This document shows, piece after piece, positions 10,636-20,983 of a DNA stretch of 64,000 nucleotides. Position 1 is the first letter of the stretch; every line of letters starts with the position of its first letter. This DNA is from Blastocladiella emersonii ATCC 22665 (taxonomy: Eukaryota; Fungi; Blastocladiomycota). The DNA lies in assembly GCA_025594325.1 (NCBI GenBank), contig JANHCV010000001.1, positions 2,232,001 to 2,296,000 on the forward strand, written 5' to 3'. The notes beneath the pieces were generated by a model. It did no database searches. It was not told the origin of the DNA and saw only the letters and a list, made by a program, of their open reading frames with translations. A program made the position numbers and the translations under genes.

Positions 10636-11589
10636 TTACATCATGCGAATGTCTCCCGCCCAGCCGTCGAGCTCAGCTGGCTCGTGCTCGGCAGCGATCC
10701 GGTTAGCGTCGCCCGCGCGGTTGCGGTTAGCGGCGACGGCGGTGCGCTTGGCCTCGTCGAAGCCGTCGCGGGCGGCCTGGGCGAGGGTGCGTGCGATGGT
10801 GGCGACGGACCGCAGGTTGTCGTCGTTGGCGGGGATCGGGTAGGTGACCCAGCGCGGGTCGACGTCCGTGTCGACGAGGGCGACGGTCGGGATGTTGAGC
10901 TTGCGTGCCTCCTTGACGGCCTTGAGCGAGGCGCCGTGGGTGATGTCGAGGACGACGACGAGGTCGGGCTTGGGCGCGGTGGCGGGGAGGGCCTGGTCGA
11001 GGTCGGTGATGGCCTGGCGCTTGACGACGACCTGCTGGGCGTTGGTCAGGGTGCCAGGGACCCACGAGGTGACGTAGTAGGCGGCGCCGTGGACGGCGGC
11101 CTCGGTGGCGATCGGGTGCAGCTCGGCGTTGTTGGCGACGAACAGGATCACGCCGTTCTGCGCGGCAACGAGCTTGGTCACGGTGGCGGCGCGGCGCAGG
11201 TGCGCGAGCGTCTGGTTCGGGTCGATGATGTGCACGCCCTGGCGCGTCCCGAGAATGTACGGCAGGTTCTGCGACGTCCACCGCGACCGCGCGTGCCCGA
11301 CGTGCGTGTTGGCGACAATCAGGTCCTCGGTCGTGAGCTCGTGCGCGCGCGGGAACGCATCCGCGTCCTGCGCCGCGGCGCGCAGCTTGGGCACGCCGCG
11401 CACCGACTCGGGCGCAGCCTCAGGAGCGGCAGAGGTGGCGGGCTCAGCGGCAGCGGTAGCACGGCCGGCGCGGGTCGTGGACAGGGCGCGCAGCGGGGTC
11501 CACGCAGCGGGCGCAGCGGTCGGGCGAGCGATCGCGGCCCCGGCGACGGCGCGCCGCACGAGCAGCGAGGCGGTGCGGACAGAGTGCAT
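10636..11589 (-). CDS. MRP4: Mitochondrial ribosomal protein uS2m
   Basis: R/A-rich presequence-like N-terminus. HVGH...PYILGTRQGVHIID, WVPGTLTN, PDLVVVLD, EARKLNIPTVALVDTDVDP..TYPIPANDD. Confidence 0.92.
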   Translation of the reverse strand: MHSVRTASLLVRRAVAGAAIARPTAAPAAWTPLRALSTTRAGRATAAAEPATSAAPEAAPESVRGVPKLRAAAQDADAFPRAHELTTEDLIVANTHVGHARSRWTSQNLPYILGTRQGVHIIDPNQTLAHLRRAATVTKLVAAQNGVILFVANNAELHPIATEAAVHGAAYYVTSWVPGTLTNAQQVVVKRQAITDLDQALPATAPKPDLVVVLDITHGASLKAVKEARKLNIPTVALVDTDVDPRWVTYPIPANDDNLRSVATIARTLAQAARDGFDEAKRTAVAANRNRAGDANRIAAEHEPAELDGWAGDIRMM

Positions 11590-12684
11590 GGTGTTGATTC
11601 GTTGCAGCAGGTCGGTGGGCGCGGCCAGTTGCTCGTCGGGGGTCGCTATGGCAACCAGCAAGTCGAGAGCAGCCGGGGCAGCAGAGCGAGAGAAAGTTGA
11701 ATTGCAGCGTCACATGAGGAGCGACGGGAGTGGCGGCCGCCTGATCACCGCGGATCGCGCTCGTGGTGGCGCACGCTCGACGACTTCAGCGCGCTCCGGC
11801 TGCAAGGGCTGCGAGATTGGGCGGCGCCGGCCACCGTCGGGGCCGCGGCCATCGTCAGCTCGAGCGAGAGCGTCGCGGCAGAGCGCTAGAGCGAGCTTGC
11901 CAGCTCGCGCGCCACGTCCCCCGCGTCCGCGTCGGCCGCGGCGGTGCGATGAACTGCTTGGGCGGCGGGGATTTTACGCTTAGCGGCGGGCAATGGACCC
12001 TGGTTCGGTGATGGCGATGGCTGACGGGCTTGCGAAGCACTGGCGGCGCCCCCGCTTCGCCGCCGTGGCGCCTCAGTCGTCCCTGACCGCTTCTCAACGT
12101 CCTCTTCGCCTCGCCGCCCCTCGAGCACCTCGCACATACCCCGGGAACTTGATGCATTAGACCCGCCGAGTCGCCCGACGCTCCGCTAGGCCATCCGCGC
12201 TCGATTTCTGCTCTCCCGGTTGCTCGCCTGCCCGTCCATCGCTCGGCCACCCTCAACCGCTCCCCGCTCGTCCGCCAGCGGGCTGCCATGCCAGATTGCT
12301 CCCCATAGACTACTCATAGACGAACCTGGGATCGCCCGTGCGACCTCCATCAACGGCTTCCCCCCTTCCCCGCTCCCTCGCTTGTGCTCCATCGCTCGCG
12401 GCGGCCCCAGCGACCGACCTCCACCCACCCCGTCGGTTTGCACCTCGCTCGCGGACACGCACCTCCTGCGTTTGCGCTGCCTTGTGGCCCGGCCCCCGTG
12501 CTCGATTGGTCCCTGCGCCGCCAAAAACAATACTCGGCGTCGTTTCAGGTCGGGTCGGCCCCACCGCCGCACCGCTCTTCATCCGTCGTCGCCTCTGCTT
12601 CTCCTCTCGCGACCGCGCTGGCGCCCGCTTGACACCGCGCCACCCATCGCCACCACGGATCCATCGGCCTTTGTGTTTGACGAG

Positions 12685-14435
12685 ATGGCCACCTTCCTTG
12701 GGTACCGCTCGCTCGCTCGCCTGCCGCGCGACCATCCGCGGATCTGACTGACCCCGATGACCTCCGTGTGTGTAGTGCGCCACTCGCCGCGTCGTTCGCG
12801 ATCATGCCGAGCCGGCCGCTCGGGGACCTGTTCCTCGACCTACTGATGCAGCTCATGTCGCTGCCGCTGCTGTGGCACACGTTTGCCGCCATGGAGCGGT
12901 ACGACGACCTGCTGTTCCTCGGCGCCGTGACCATCAACCGCGCCGTGGCGCTCTTCGACACGCTCATGATCCTGTTCATCGACAACTCGGCGTCGGCCGC
13001 GCTCATCTACTTTTCGCTGACGCGGTCGCTGATCCGCCACCTCGCCTACGCCGTCGCCATGGGCTACATCTCGCAGCGCCGCCTCGTCCGCGTCAACAAG
13101 CTCGTGGTGCGCGACCGCGCCGCTTTCCTCAGCTACTTTGTCATGGGCGTGACGCTGCTCTCGGTGATTGTCGGCGCCGGCATCGTCGTGAGCTTCTTCA
13201 TCTCGGGCATCTCCATCAAGACCGTCGGCGACAATTTTCTCGCCGCGCACCCGCGCGCCACCAACGCCGAGCTCGCGCGCGCCACCAACGCGGCCGTCTC
13301 GACGATCCCGGCCAAGCTGTGGCAGCTGATGCAGGCCGTGTCGCTGCCCATGGTGCATGGCCTGCACATGGCGTGCGACGTCTTCTTCTACGTGATCATC
13401 TCGGGCCTGTGGACCACGACTTTCATCAACGTGCGCAAGCTGACCACGTCGAGCTGGCTGTCCGTGTCGTGGCCGTACGTGGTGTCGATCGTGCTGCACC
13501 TGAGCTTCCTGCTCATCACGGCGCTGTCGCGGACCGCCATGCGCCGGTCGCCGCTCGGCTTCGTCCTCGAGCTCGGCCAGTTCTGCACCGCCTTCGACTG
13601 GTACACGTTCTTCGTCAAGACGAGCCCGCTGCTCGTCGACGTGACCGTGCAGCAGGTCGAGGTCCCCTCGGGCTCCGGCTCGCGCACGCGCAGACGCACC
13701 GTCTACATGAAGACGTATCGCCAGCCCAACCTGTCGTCACCGCAGCACCCGGTCCCGCCGCCGTACCAGCAGCAGCAGCAGCAGCAGGACCAGTACATGC
13801 AGCAGCAGTACATGGCCGCGCAGCAGCAGCAGCAGCAGTCCGCGTACACGCACAGCGAAATGTCGTCCTACCAGCAGCAGTACGGCATGGACCCGTCCGC
13901 GATCCCGGCCCTGCCACCTCCGCTCCCTGCCGCGCTCCCGCCACCGCCCGCCGCCGCGAGCACCAACACGGCGTTCGCCGGATCGCACAATGGCGGTCCG
14001 TCCGACTCGTCGTCGTCGACGCAGTGGCGGCCGCGGCCGCCGAGCGGGTCGACGTTCACGGCGTACGCGCACAGTGCGGTGCCCGCGACGGCGTCGACGG
14101 TCACGCCGTCGCCGCAGCTGCAGGATTTCCGCGCGCCGCCGCGTCGACAACACCACGCGCAGCAGCCGTACTCGCCTCACGCGCTCGTGTCGCCAACCTC
14201 GGCGGCGGGCTCGACTGGCTACCCGTTCAGCCTCGAGCAGCTGCAGGAGCGGCGGTGGCAGCGCGCGCGCGAGGACCTCGATTTCAGCGCCGCCGTCGAG
14301 GAGCAGCAGCGCCAGCAGCGCTACGTCGTCGAGCAGTATCAGCAGCGGCGGAGGCAGCAGCAGCAGATGCAGCGGCAGCAGTTGGATGCGACGGCGCCGC
14401 CACCAAGGTCCCAGTACGCGCAGCGGGTGCGGTGA
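12685..14435 (+). CDS. Multi-pass membrane protein with poly-Q disordered C-tail
   Basis: Short exon MATFLG plus an intron (GTACCG...CTGAC...TAG) joins ORF 12768-14435. About 6-7 hydrophobic segments, then a Q/P/S-rich tail. Start site uncertain. Confidence 0.65.
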
Positions 14436-14472
14436 TGAGATGAGATTAGATACACTTAGAAGCATACTACTC

Positions 14473-14538
14473 TGACTTTGCGGGAGGGAGAGGATGACTT
14501 TGCGGGAGGGAGAGGATGACTTTGCGGGAGGGAGGGGA
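14473..14538 (+). repeat. 22-bp minisatellite x3 (TGACTTTGCGGGAGGGAGAGGA)
   Basis: Two exact units and one 1-mismatch unit, head to tail. Confidence 0.92.
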
Positions 14539-14877
14539 GGTGCCAAGTGTCCCGCGCCTCGCACGTGAGTGGCTCGACGCGCTGCGAGACGCGTCCCGTC
14601 GCAAGCGCTGTGTGATCACCCACGCGCGGTCCATCGTGCGCGCGCGACTCGGCATCGCCCGATCGAAACCGCCCCTCGCCGGCGCAGACGCGGGTCGCGG
14701 CCGCGGGCGTGTCCCCCAACCCAATCACACGACAACCTGCTCGTTCGCCGCTGCTCCCTTGCGCGCGCGCCTCGGCGGGCGACACCAGCGGGGGCCGATA
14801 TAGCTCACTTGGCCGCGGCTTCTGCTCCCATGTAACGTGGCCCGCCTAATGTAACCGCTACCCGGAACTGGCCGCAA

Positions 14878-16281
14878 ATGATCCACACGCTCGCGCTCGC
14901 GGTGCCGCGCCTCATGACCGTGGTCCTGCTATGGTCGCGCGCCGCCCCACCACCACTGCCATCGAGACAACCGACGGCAGCGGCCACGATCCCGCCACGC
15001 ACGCTGTGGCTGTCGGCGTCCGCACTGCTCGAGCTCGCCGCGTGTTTCGCGGGACTCGCGGATCCCGCGGCCGGCGCCGCCGCGGCCGTGATCCACGCGG
15101 CGCTGTTCGTCGCGGTCCACGGGACGTGGTACCTGTCGACGCTCGCGCCGGCACCACCGACGCCGTACGCGAATAGCGCGGGTGGCGGCGGCGTGTACCT
15201 CCTCCGCTCCGCGTCATCGTACGGCGACCTCGTCTCATTGCCCTCGACGCTCAGCCTCGCCACCTCGACCTCAACCTCCTCCTGCGCTTCATCCACGACC
15301 GCGTCGACCGCGCAACTCGCGCGCCTGCTGTCCGCGTCGGACCCGGACCTCGAGCCGCCGCCGGACCCGGACCTCCGTCTGCGCCGCCGGCGACAGGTGC
15401 TGCTCGCCGCGGCCGACCCGGCGCTCGCGGCGACCGAGGACCCGCAGCCGCCGCTCGTCGTGGTCCGACCGCGCGGCGGAAAGCCGGCGAAAGCCATTCA
15501 GGAACAGCAGCCGGCGCCGCTGCGCCGCGCGCGCACGCTGCCGCCGGCGCTCATGATGGTTGCGGGCGGGGATGTGGCAGCTGGTGGCGGGTTACTCGAC
15601 ACGCCGCGCGGCGTCGGTGTCGGCGTGCCGCTGCGTGCCGGGACGCGGACGGCGAGCGTGGATGACGGGTCGCGCATGACGGCCGCGGGGGCCACGACTA
15701 TGACGACCGCGCCGTCGCGCCGCGTGTCGCTGCTGCAGCAGCACCACCGCAGCTACTCGGACTCGAGCGCGATGCCCGCGTCGCCGAGCGCGATACCCGC
15801 GTCGCCGAGCGCGGCGGGGTCGCCGACACCCACGGCGGCGTCGGTCGGCGGGTTCGTGTGGCGCGTCGAGGACGGCGACGACGACGAGGCGCACGAAGGC
15901 GGCCGCGGTGTCGGCGGCGGGATCCCGGAGAGCAACAGCGTGTACTTCTCGCTGTCCGACCTCACCAACACCGTCGAAGCAAGTCCGTCGACCCCGACGC
16001 CGCCTTCGCCTTCGCCACCGCCCGTCGTCATCGAGCCGTTCAAGTACATCCCGCGGGCCGTGGTGACGAAACCCAAGCGCGCGGCGGCCGCGCACCGCGT
16101 GCTCGAGATCGCGGTGCAGGCGCCGTCCGAGTACGCCCTGCACGAGGACCCGTCCGCGCCGTCGCCCGCTGACCACTGCGGTGGCGACGGGGTCGAGCTG
16201 ACGACGGCCGCTCCGACGCTCGTGCCCGTCCGGATACCGGGCCGGCGAGCTGTGATCGTGCGAGCGCAGGTGCCCGGGTGA
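14878..16281 (+). CDS. Hypothetical protein, N-terminal hydrophobic helices plus disordered region
   Basis: 467-aa ORF with GC3-biased codons, ~3 hydrophobic segments at the N-terminus, an AT-rich 3' flank and no recognised domain. Confidence 0.6.
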   Translation: MIHTLALAVPRLMTVVLLWSRAAPPPLPSRQPTAAATIPPRTLWLSASALLELAACFAGLADPAAGAAAAVIHAALFVAVHGTWYLSTLAPAPPTPYANSAGGGGVYLLRSASSYGDLVSLPSTLSLATSTSTSSCASSTTASTAQLARLLSASDPDLEPPPDPDLRLRRRRQVLLAAADPALAATEDPQPPLVVVRPRGGKPAKAIQEQQPAPLRRARTLPPALMMVAGGDVAAGGGLLDTPRGVGVGVPLRAGTRTASVDDGSRMTAAGATTMTTAPSRRVSLLQQHHRSYSDSSAMPASPSAIPASPSAAGSPTPTAASVGGFVWRVEDGDDDEAHEGGRGVGGGIPESNSVYFSLSDLTNTVEASPSTPTPPSPSPPPVVIEPFKYIPRAVVTKPKRAAAAHRVLEIAVQAPSEYALHEDPSAPSPADHCGGDGVELTTAAPTLVPVRIPGRRAVIVRAQVPG

Positions 16282-16613
16282 GCGCAAGCGTGACGGGGAT
16301 GGAATACACTACTAGCTAGTCCAAAAAAAAATGACGGTGTGTGTATTGGTCCCATTACATGAGGTAGGGGCGGATGCGCTGCTGGTCGGAGCGCGGCCTG
16401 GTGGGGGTATCCGAGGGAGAGGGGAGAGGTGAAGGGTGTGAGCTAGGTGTGAGTGAGGAAGGAGAGGGATTAGGGCGAGGGCGGACGGGTACATGGGGGA
16501 TGCGCCGGCGACGACGGCGTGGCAAAATGACCCTCTGACTACGGGGTAGGTTCTGGTACTGGTACTGGGTGTGGGGTAAAGAAGAGGAGGAGGAGAAGAA
16601 GGCGAGCGAAACG

Positions 16614-19600
16614 CTAGTCGAGCGCTCGCTGCGCGCGCGGCCCGCCGACGAGCATCACGGGCGTGGCCATGGGCGAGGGCAGGTGGATCGGTGGGAGCCA
16701 GGTCGAGGCGGCACCGACGGCGGCGGCGGCGGCCGACGCGTTGTGGGCCGGGACGGGGAGCACGACGGGCTCACCCGCGCGGAAATACTTGCTGTTGCTG
16801 TTGTTACAGTTGGAGGAGGCGGCGACGCGCCCCGTCGTTCCTAGTGACGCCAGGAACGACGGCGGGAAAGCCGCGAGCTTGGTCGGCCCGGACCCGGTCG
16901 CGGCGGTCGGCGAGACCGGGGCCGAGCGCAAGTGCGTCGTGGCCGATGGTGGCGGAGGAGGGAGTGGCGGGACGGGCGGCAGCGGCAGCGGGAGCGCGAG
17001 CGTACCGTGGGCGTCCATGAGCGACGGGATCGAGGGCAGAGGCAGGTTCCACCGCGGCGGTGACGCGTGCGCGTGCACGACGGGCGCGAGCTGAACGCGC
17101 TCGGCCGACGCGGGCGCGGACCGCACGACGTGCGACGACGGCGGTGGCGGGAACGAGTCGGGCCGCTGGGCGAGCAGCTCGGCGGGCGACGGGAGCCGCG
17201 TCGTAGGTGAGGTAGTGGCAACGGGGTTGAGCGGCGGGAGCGCCGCCGACCGCATGGGCCCGAGCGCGGGCGCCTGCAGGACGGCGGCGTCGGCGGCCGA
17301 CTTGGTGCCGGTCGCGAGCATACCCTGGACCACGGAGCACCGGAGGTCCAGCGCGCGGATCCCCTGGAGGACCATGGGGCTGGGCGGGAGCGACGACGAC
17401 ACAGGCGGCTCAGTGATGGTCGGGTGGTCGGCGGTGGGCGGAGCGGGAGCGGCGGCCGCCGTGGGGTTGGCGGCGCGCGCCAGGTACTCGCGCATCGCGC
17501 ACAGCCGCGCCGCGGCTTCCTCGACGGACATGAGCTCCTCGGCGGCGGTGCCAGCAGCAGCGGTGGCAGTCGCCTGGTCCTCGAGCGGCACGTCGGACGG
17601 AACGTGGACGCTCGAGGTCCAGTCCATGCGGTCGACGGGGGTCACGGCGCCGCCGCCGCCGACACGGTCCTTGCACCGGCGGTGGTGCGCGACGCGCTGG
17701 CGGCCGCGGATGGCGGGCGACACGGAGCCGGTCGCGCGGCGGCGCAGAACGGGCGCGGCGGCGATCGGGGCGAGCGTGAAGGCGTACACGCCGGGCGTCG
17801 GGTACGACCGCTGCAGCTGCACATCCACGTCCACGTCCATGCGGTGGACCGACTCGGCGGCGCCCGAGTTGAGGTCAGCGGGCCGCGACGGCGACCCAGC
17901 CGAGCCCGACGCGTGGTGGTGGTGGTGATGGTCGACGGGGCGGAACCCACGCGACGGGGACCACGGCGAGATGAGCGACGCGGCCGCGGTCGTGGGGCTG
18001 GTAAAGGACGGGACCATGGGCGGGCTGCCGGGGAGCGGTGCGAAGCGGTGCGCATTCCACGACGACGTCGACGGCGGCACGGACGAGTGCGGGTAGACTG
18101 GCGGCGCGTGCACGGCGGTGCGGCGGCGCTTGGGCGCGGGTCCGTGGTAGTCCCCGTCGTCGGCGTCGTCGCGGTCGTAGAGGTCGAAGCCGACATCCTC
18201 GCCGCCGCTGCCCGAGTCGGAGAAGGCGGAGATGGCGCGCAGCGTCGACGACGAGGGCGGCGAGGGAGCCGCGATGAGGTGGTCCGAGGGCGGCGACGTG
18301 TGCATCGGCGGGGCGTAGGTCGACGAGTTGGTCGAGGAGAGCGACGACACCGAGAGGGAGCGGCCGAGCGTGCCAGGCGGCGAGACGGACGCGGCACGCG
18401 ACGGCGGCGCGGTCGAGGTGGGCGGGGTGATGGTGCCCGTCGACGACGATAGGGACGACTTTGGCGGGCGCTTGCGCGAGCGCTGGTTGGCGCGGGAGCC
18501 ACCACCGCCACTGCCGCCGCCGCCGCGGGACGCGCGGCTCGAGGTCCCGTCGAGCTTCTGCATGAGTCGAATTCGCAGATGTGAGCGGAGGATTCGACGC
18601 AGCGGAGCGGTGCGAAGCGTACCAAAGTGTTGTACTTCTTGCCCGTGTTGTTGGAGTTGGTGGAGGGCCCCTGGTTGTAGGGCTCGGTGGCGGGGTCGTA
18701 GTCGATGATGATCGGGGTGGTGGTCTGGGCGCCGTGGACGTTCTTGCCGTGGGTGCGCAGGTTGGGCAGGGTGGAGAAGCGCTTACCGCACGTCGGGCAC
18801 TAGACGGCGCGGGTTGATGGGCGGGGTGATGAGCGAATTTGATCGACGCGTGGAGGTGAAACCAGCGAACGGGGGCACACGCGCCCGCGCGTCAGCGCAC
18901 GTCATCCGCCCGGGGCTGCCGCATCGGGCAGGTTGGCGCGCGCGAGGCGGCGAGGGCGAGGACAGCACGGGGGGATAGAGTTCGAGGCGGGCGGACGAAC
19001 GCCGCCGCCGATGGCGCACGACCGACCGAATTCGGAGCAGACCGAGGCGAGCGAGCGTACCTCGTAGGGGCGAGCGCCCGTGTGCGAGTTCATGTGGAAG
19101 AGCATGTGTCGGCCGCCCTCGAACGGCTGGGCGCGCCAGCAGCCGCGCCAGAGACAGCGCGCGCTAGAGACACGCAAGAGTCAGCGGCGGAGCGCACGGG
19201 GGCGAGATCGCGCGTCAGCGTACCCGCGCGAGAAGGTGTAGTGCGAGTCGACGTGGCGGACGAGGTCGCCGAGGACGCGGAACCGGAGGCAGCAGGTGTC
19301 CCACTGGCACAGGAACGGCGCGGTCTCGTCGTCGGTGGCGCCGGTGTTGACGAGGCCGTCGGCGCCGCGAGTTGGCTTGGCGGAGGCGCCGGATCGAGAT
19401 GCAGGGGAGGTCGAGGATGGAGAGGAGGAAGAGTCGTCGCCGTTACCACCACTCCCGTCGGCGGCCCCGTGCGCCGCCGTCTCGCCCTCATCCGCGCTGC
19501 CGTGGTGATGAGGGTGTCCGTGCTGGTGCTGCTGGTGTGGCGGCGAGCAGGGAGGGGTATCCTCGCGCGGGTGGGCGCGCATGGACGCGGCCGAGCCCGA

Positions 19601-19678
19601 GCCAGGGCCCGGGTCGGGGTCTGGGATATAGGGCGGCGAGCGCGGCGAGGACGAGGCGTGGGCAAGGGCGGCGGACAT
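16614..19678 (-). CDS. C2H2 zinc-finger transcription factor (3 fingers, tandem CWCH2-like) with long P/S-rich C-terminus
   Basis: ATG 19678. Spliced fingers CQWDTC...HVDSH, CLWRGC...HMNSHTGARPYE and CPTCGKRFSTLPNLRTHGKNVH. A phase-0 intron (GTACGC...ATGCAG) joins the 16614-18563 ORF as the last exon. Confidence 0.8.
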
Positions 19679-20983
19679 GGGCGGAGTGGTGGTGGTCGTG
19701 CACGGGAGCAGGCGGGTCGGATCCGCTGGGCGAGTCAAAGGTCGTGAGTCCTACGGGGGAGAGCGAGCGAGGGAGGGAAGGGCGAGAGGAAGCGGGTCGA
19801 ATTCGGTCAGCCAAGTCCGGCCGATCGCGCGCATCGAGTCTGCCGGGCGGGCGTCGCCACGCGCGCGGAGCGTACAGTCGTCGTGGTGGAGGGCCGGGCG
19901 GCGATGTTGCAGGGAGCGGAGTGGGGGTATCAACAACGGGTTAGGCGCGAATTGGAGAGAGGAGGGCGAGGTCGGGGCGAGCGGAACGAGCCACGGCGGC
20001 CACACACGCGCGCGCGGCCGTGTTGTTCGAGCCGGAACGCCTCTCCGCGCCTCGACGCCTCCGATCCACGCCGCGGGGCGCGCTCATCCCTGCCTGCTGG
20101 CCACGCTGCCCGGCGTCAGTCACGACGCCAGCACAGCGAATTCGGATCGCGGGCGCGCGACGTGCATGGCCGAGCGACGAAGACATGCAGGCCCCCTGCG
20201 GGCGCGGGTGGTGCGGCCCCGGCGAGTGGCCCCACGGCGCGGTTGCTCAAAGCGGCAGGTGCGTGCGGCGCATCGAATTTGGTCGCCGGCCGGCCGCGCG
20301 AGGCAGGCGAGTTTGCTGGTGCTGCCGACCCCGCCACACGTCGCGGCTCCTCGCACGTCGCGACACACAAGTCTAGCAAGGCCTTCTGCAATGGATTCAT
20401 TCGCTGTGCATGTGCGGCCGCTGCGGAACTTGCGGGGTGAGGGGAGCGCGCAACGACGAGTCTTTTCGCGCCCGAGAAGGCATGCGGCCGCGGAGACGCG
20501 CGTCCAGCCTGTTCTCGCCCCCCTCAGCACGTTGCAGCGAGACGCGACCCGCCATGCACACGGACGCGACGCGAGGAACAAGCGGCTGCATGTGAAACGC
20601 GCGCGGAAGCGTGTGGGCGCGCCACCGCCACGCGCACGTGACGCGCGGCACTGCTTCTTGTTCCAAGGTTTCGCCGTGCGCCACCGCTCCCGCGGCCGAC
20701 CCCCTCGAGATTCACGGCCCCGCCCCGGTGCCTAGAGTAGACGTAGCGCGCATCGCACCGATTGCACTGTGCCGGGCTCCCGCTCCTCTGCCCTTCCTGC
20801 CGGCGCGACCACGACCTCCGCCGCCGATTGCATCAACCCCCTGCGGTGTGCGGTGTTTGCACTGCCTGATTGCGACCCCCGCCCGCCCCCTGTCTTGGCG
20901 CCCTCCTCCCCGACCAAGATCGCTGTCCTCGGACCTCCTCTCCTCTCTCTCGCGCTACAGTCGACCAGCAAGCGATCGCCGCC

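Noticed and set aside
14473-14538. 22-bp repeats as a CRISPR array
   Set aside because: Head-to-tail with no spacers; eukaryotic context, no cas genes.
19677-20735. 352-aa plus-strand ORF and neighbours in the 19.7-20.9 kb gap
   Set aside because: No codon bias or motifs; better explained as the divergent promoter region of the ZF and rhomboid genes.
20611-20983. N-terminal extension of the 865-aa rhomboid ORF
   Set aside because: Read-through of promoter, UTR and intron; ATG 20984 plus intron 21006-21070 gives a coherent U-box start.
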